Below, piece by piece: positions 51,018 to 51,204 of a DNA stretch of 51,204 nucleotides (within the stretch, counting starts at the first letter, position 1; every line of letters starts with the position of its first letter). The DNA lies in contig DUIB01000063.1 in assembly GCA_013330595.1 (NCBI GenBank), positions 1-51,204 on the forward strand. The letters run 5' to 3'. The notes under the pieces were generated by a model that was given only the letters and a program-made list of their open reading frames with translations, did no database searches and was not told the DNA's origin. The translations under genes were made by a program, and so were the position numbers. This DNA comes from Candidatus Woesearchaeota archaeon (lineage in GTDB: Archaea; Nanobdellota; Nanobdellia; Woesearchaeales; UBA9642).

Positions 51018-51204
51018 ATTACATGTATCTGGCCTATATTAATAAAGGTTGTTGCCTTGCCGTATGCTTAGAGCATTGAATTGGCAAAATATATAAAGAA
51101 CGGTTAATTACTTTTTGGTAGTATTTGAGATTTGAGGGGTTATATGATAGGTAATTATAAGCTAGAAGCACAGAAGAAGCATCCTAAATATGGAAATGCA
51201 AAAA

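Overview
AT-rich archaeal chromosome segment, inferred to be DPANN (Woesearchaeota-like) from PCNA, HerA/Mre11, TrmB/Lrp regulators, BHB-intron tRNAs and a bacterial-type Tgt. Left third: a replication/repair neighbourhood with an intact PolB carrying a PIP box, a stand-alone MCM-type winged helix, PCNA, a tnpA-only IS200/IS605 element and a two-intron tRNA-Arg(CCU). The strongest novelty candidate sits beside PCNA: a divergent gene pair (9537-14414) of two apparently PolB-derived proteins. One keeps 3'-5' exonuclease motifs but lacks polymerase motifs; the other has a possibly degenerate exo-like N-terminus fused to a Cas4/AddB-type Fe-S PD-(D/E)xK nuclease. Middle: an accessory region with a six-gene ATP-grasp/amino-sugar/glycosyltransferase operon bracketed by 89-bp direct repeats, orphan DNA methyltransferases and TA-like pairs. 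Right: KaiC-like ATPase with a beta-propeller, herA/mre11, a Kdo-transferase fragment, an asparagine locus (tRNA-Asn-asnB-asnS with divergent AsnC/Lrp), tgt and trmJ. Several intergenic regions hold modular Y/T-shaped palindromic elements, including a 135-bp element present twice. All calls come from reading motifs by eye; no database searches were run.
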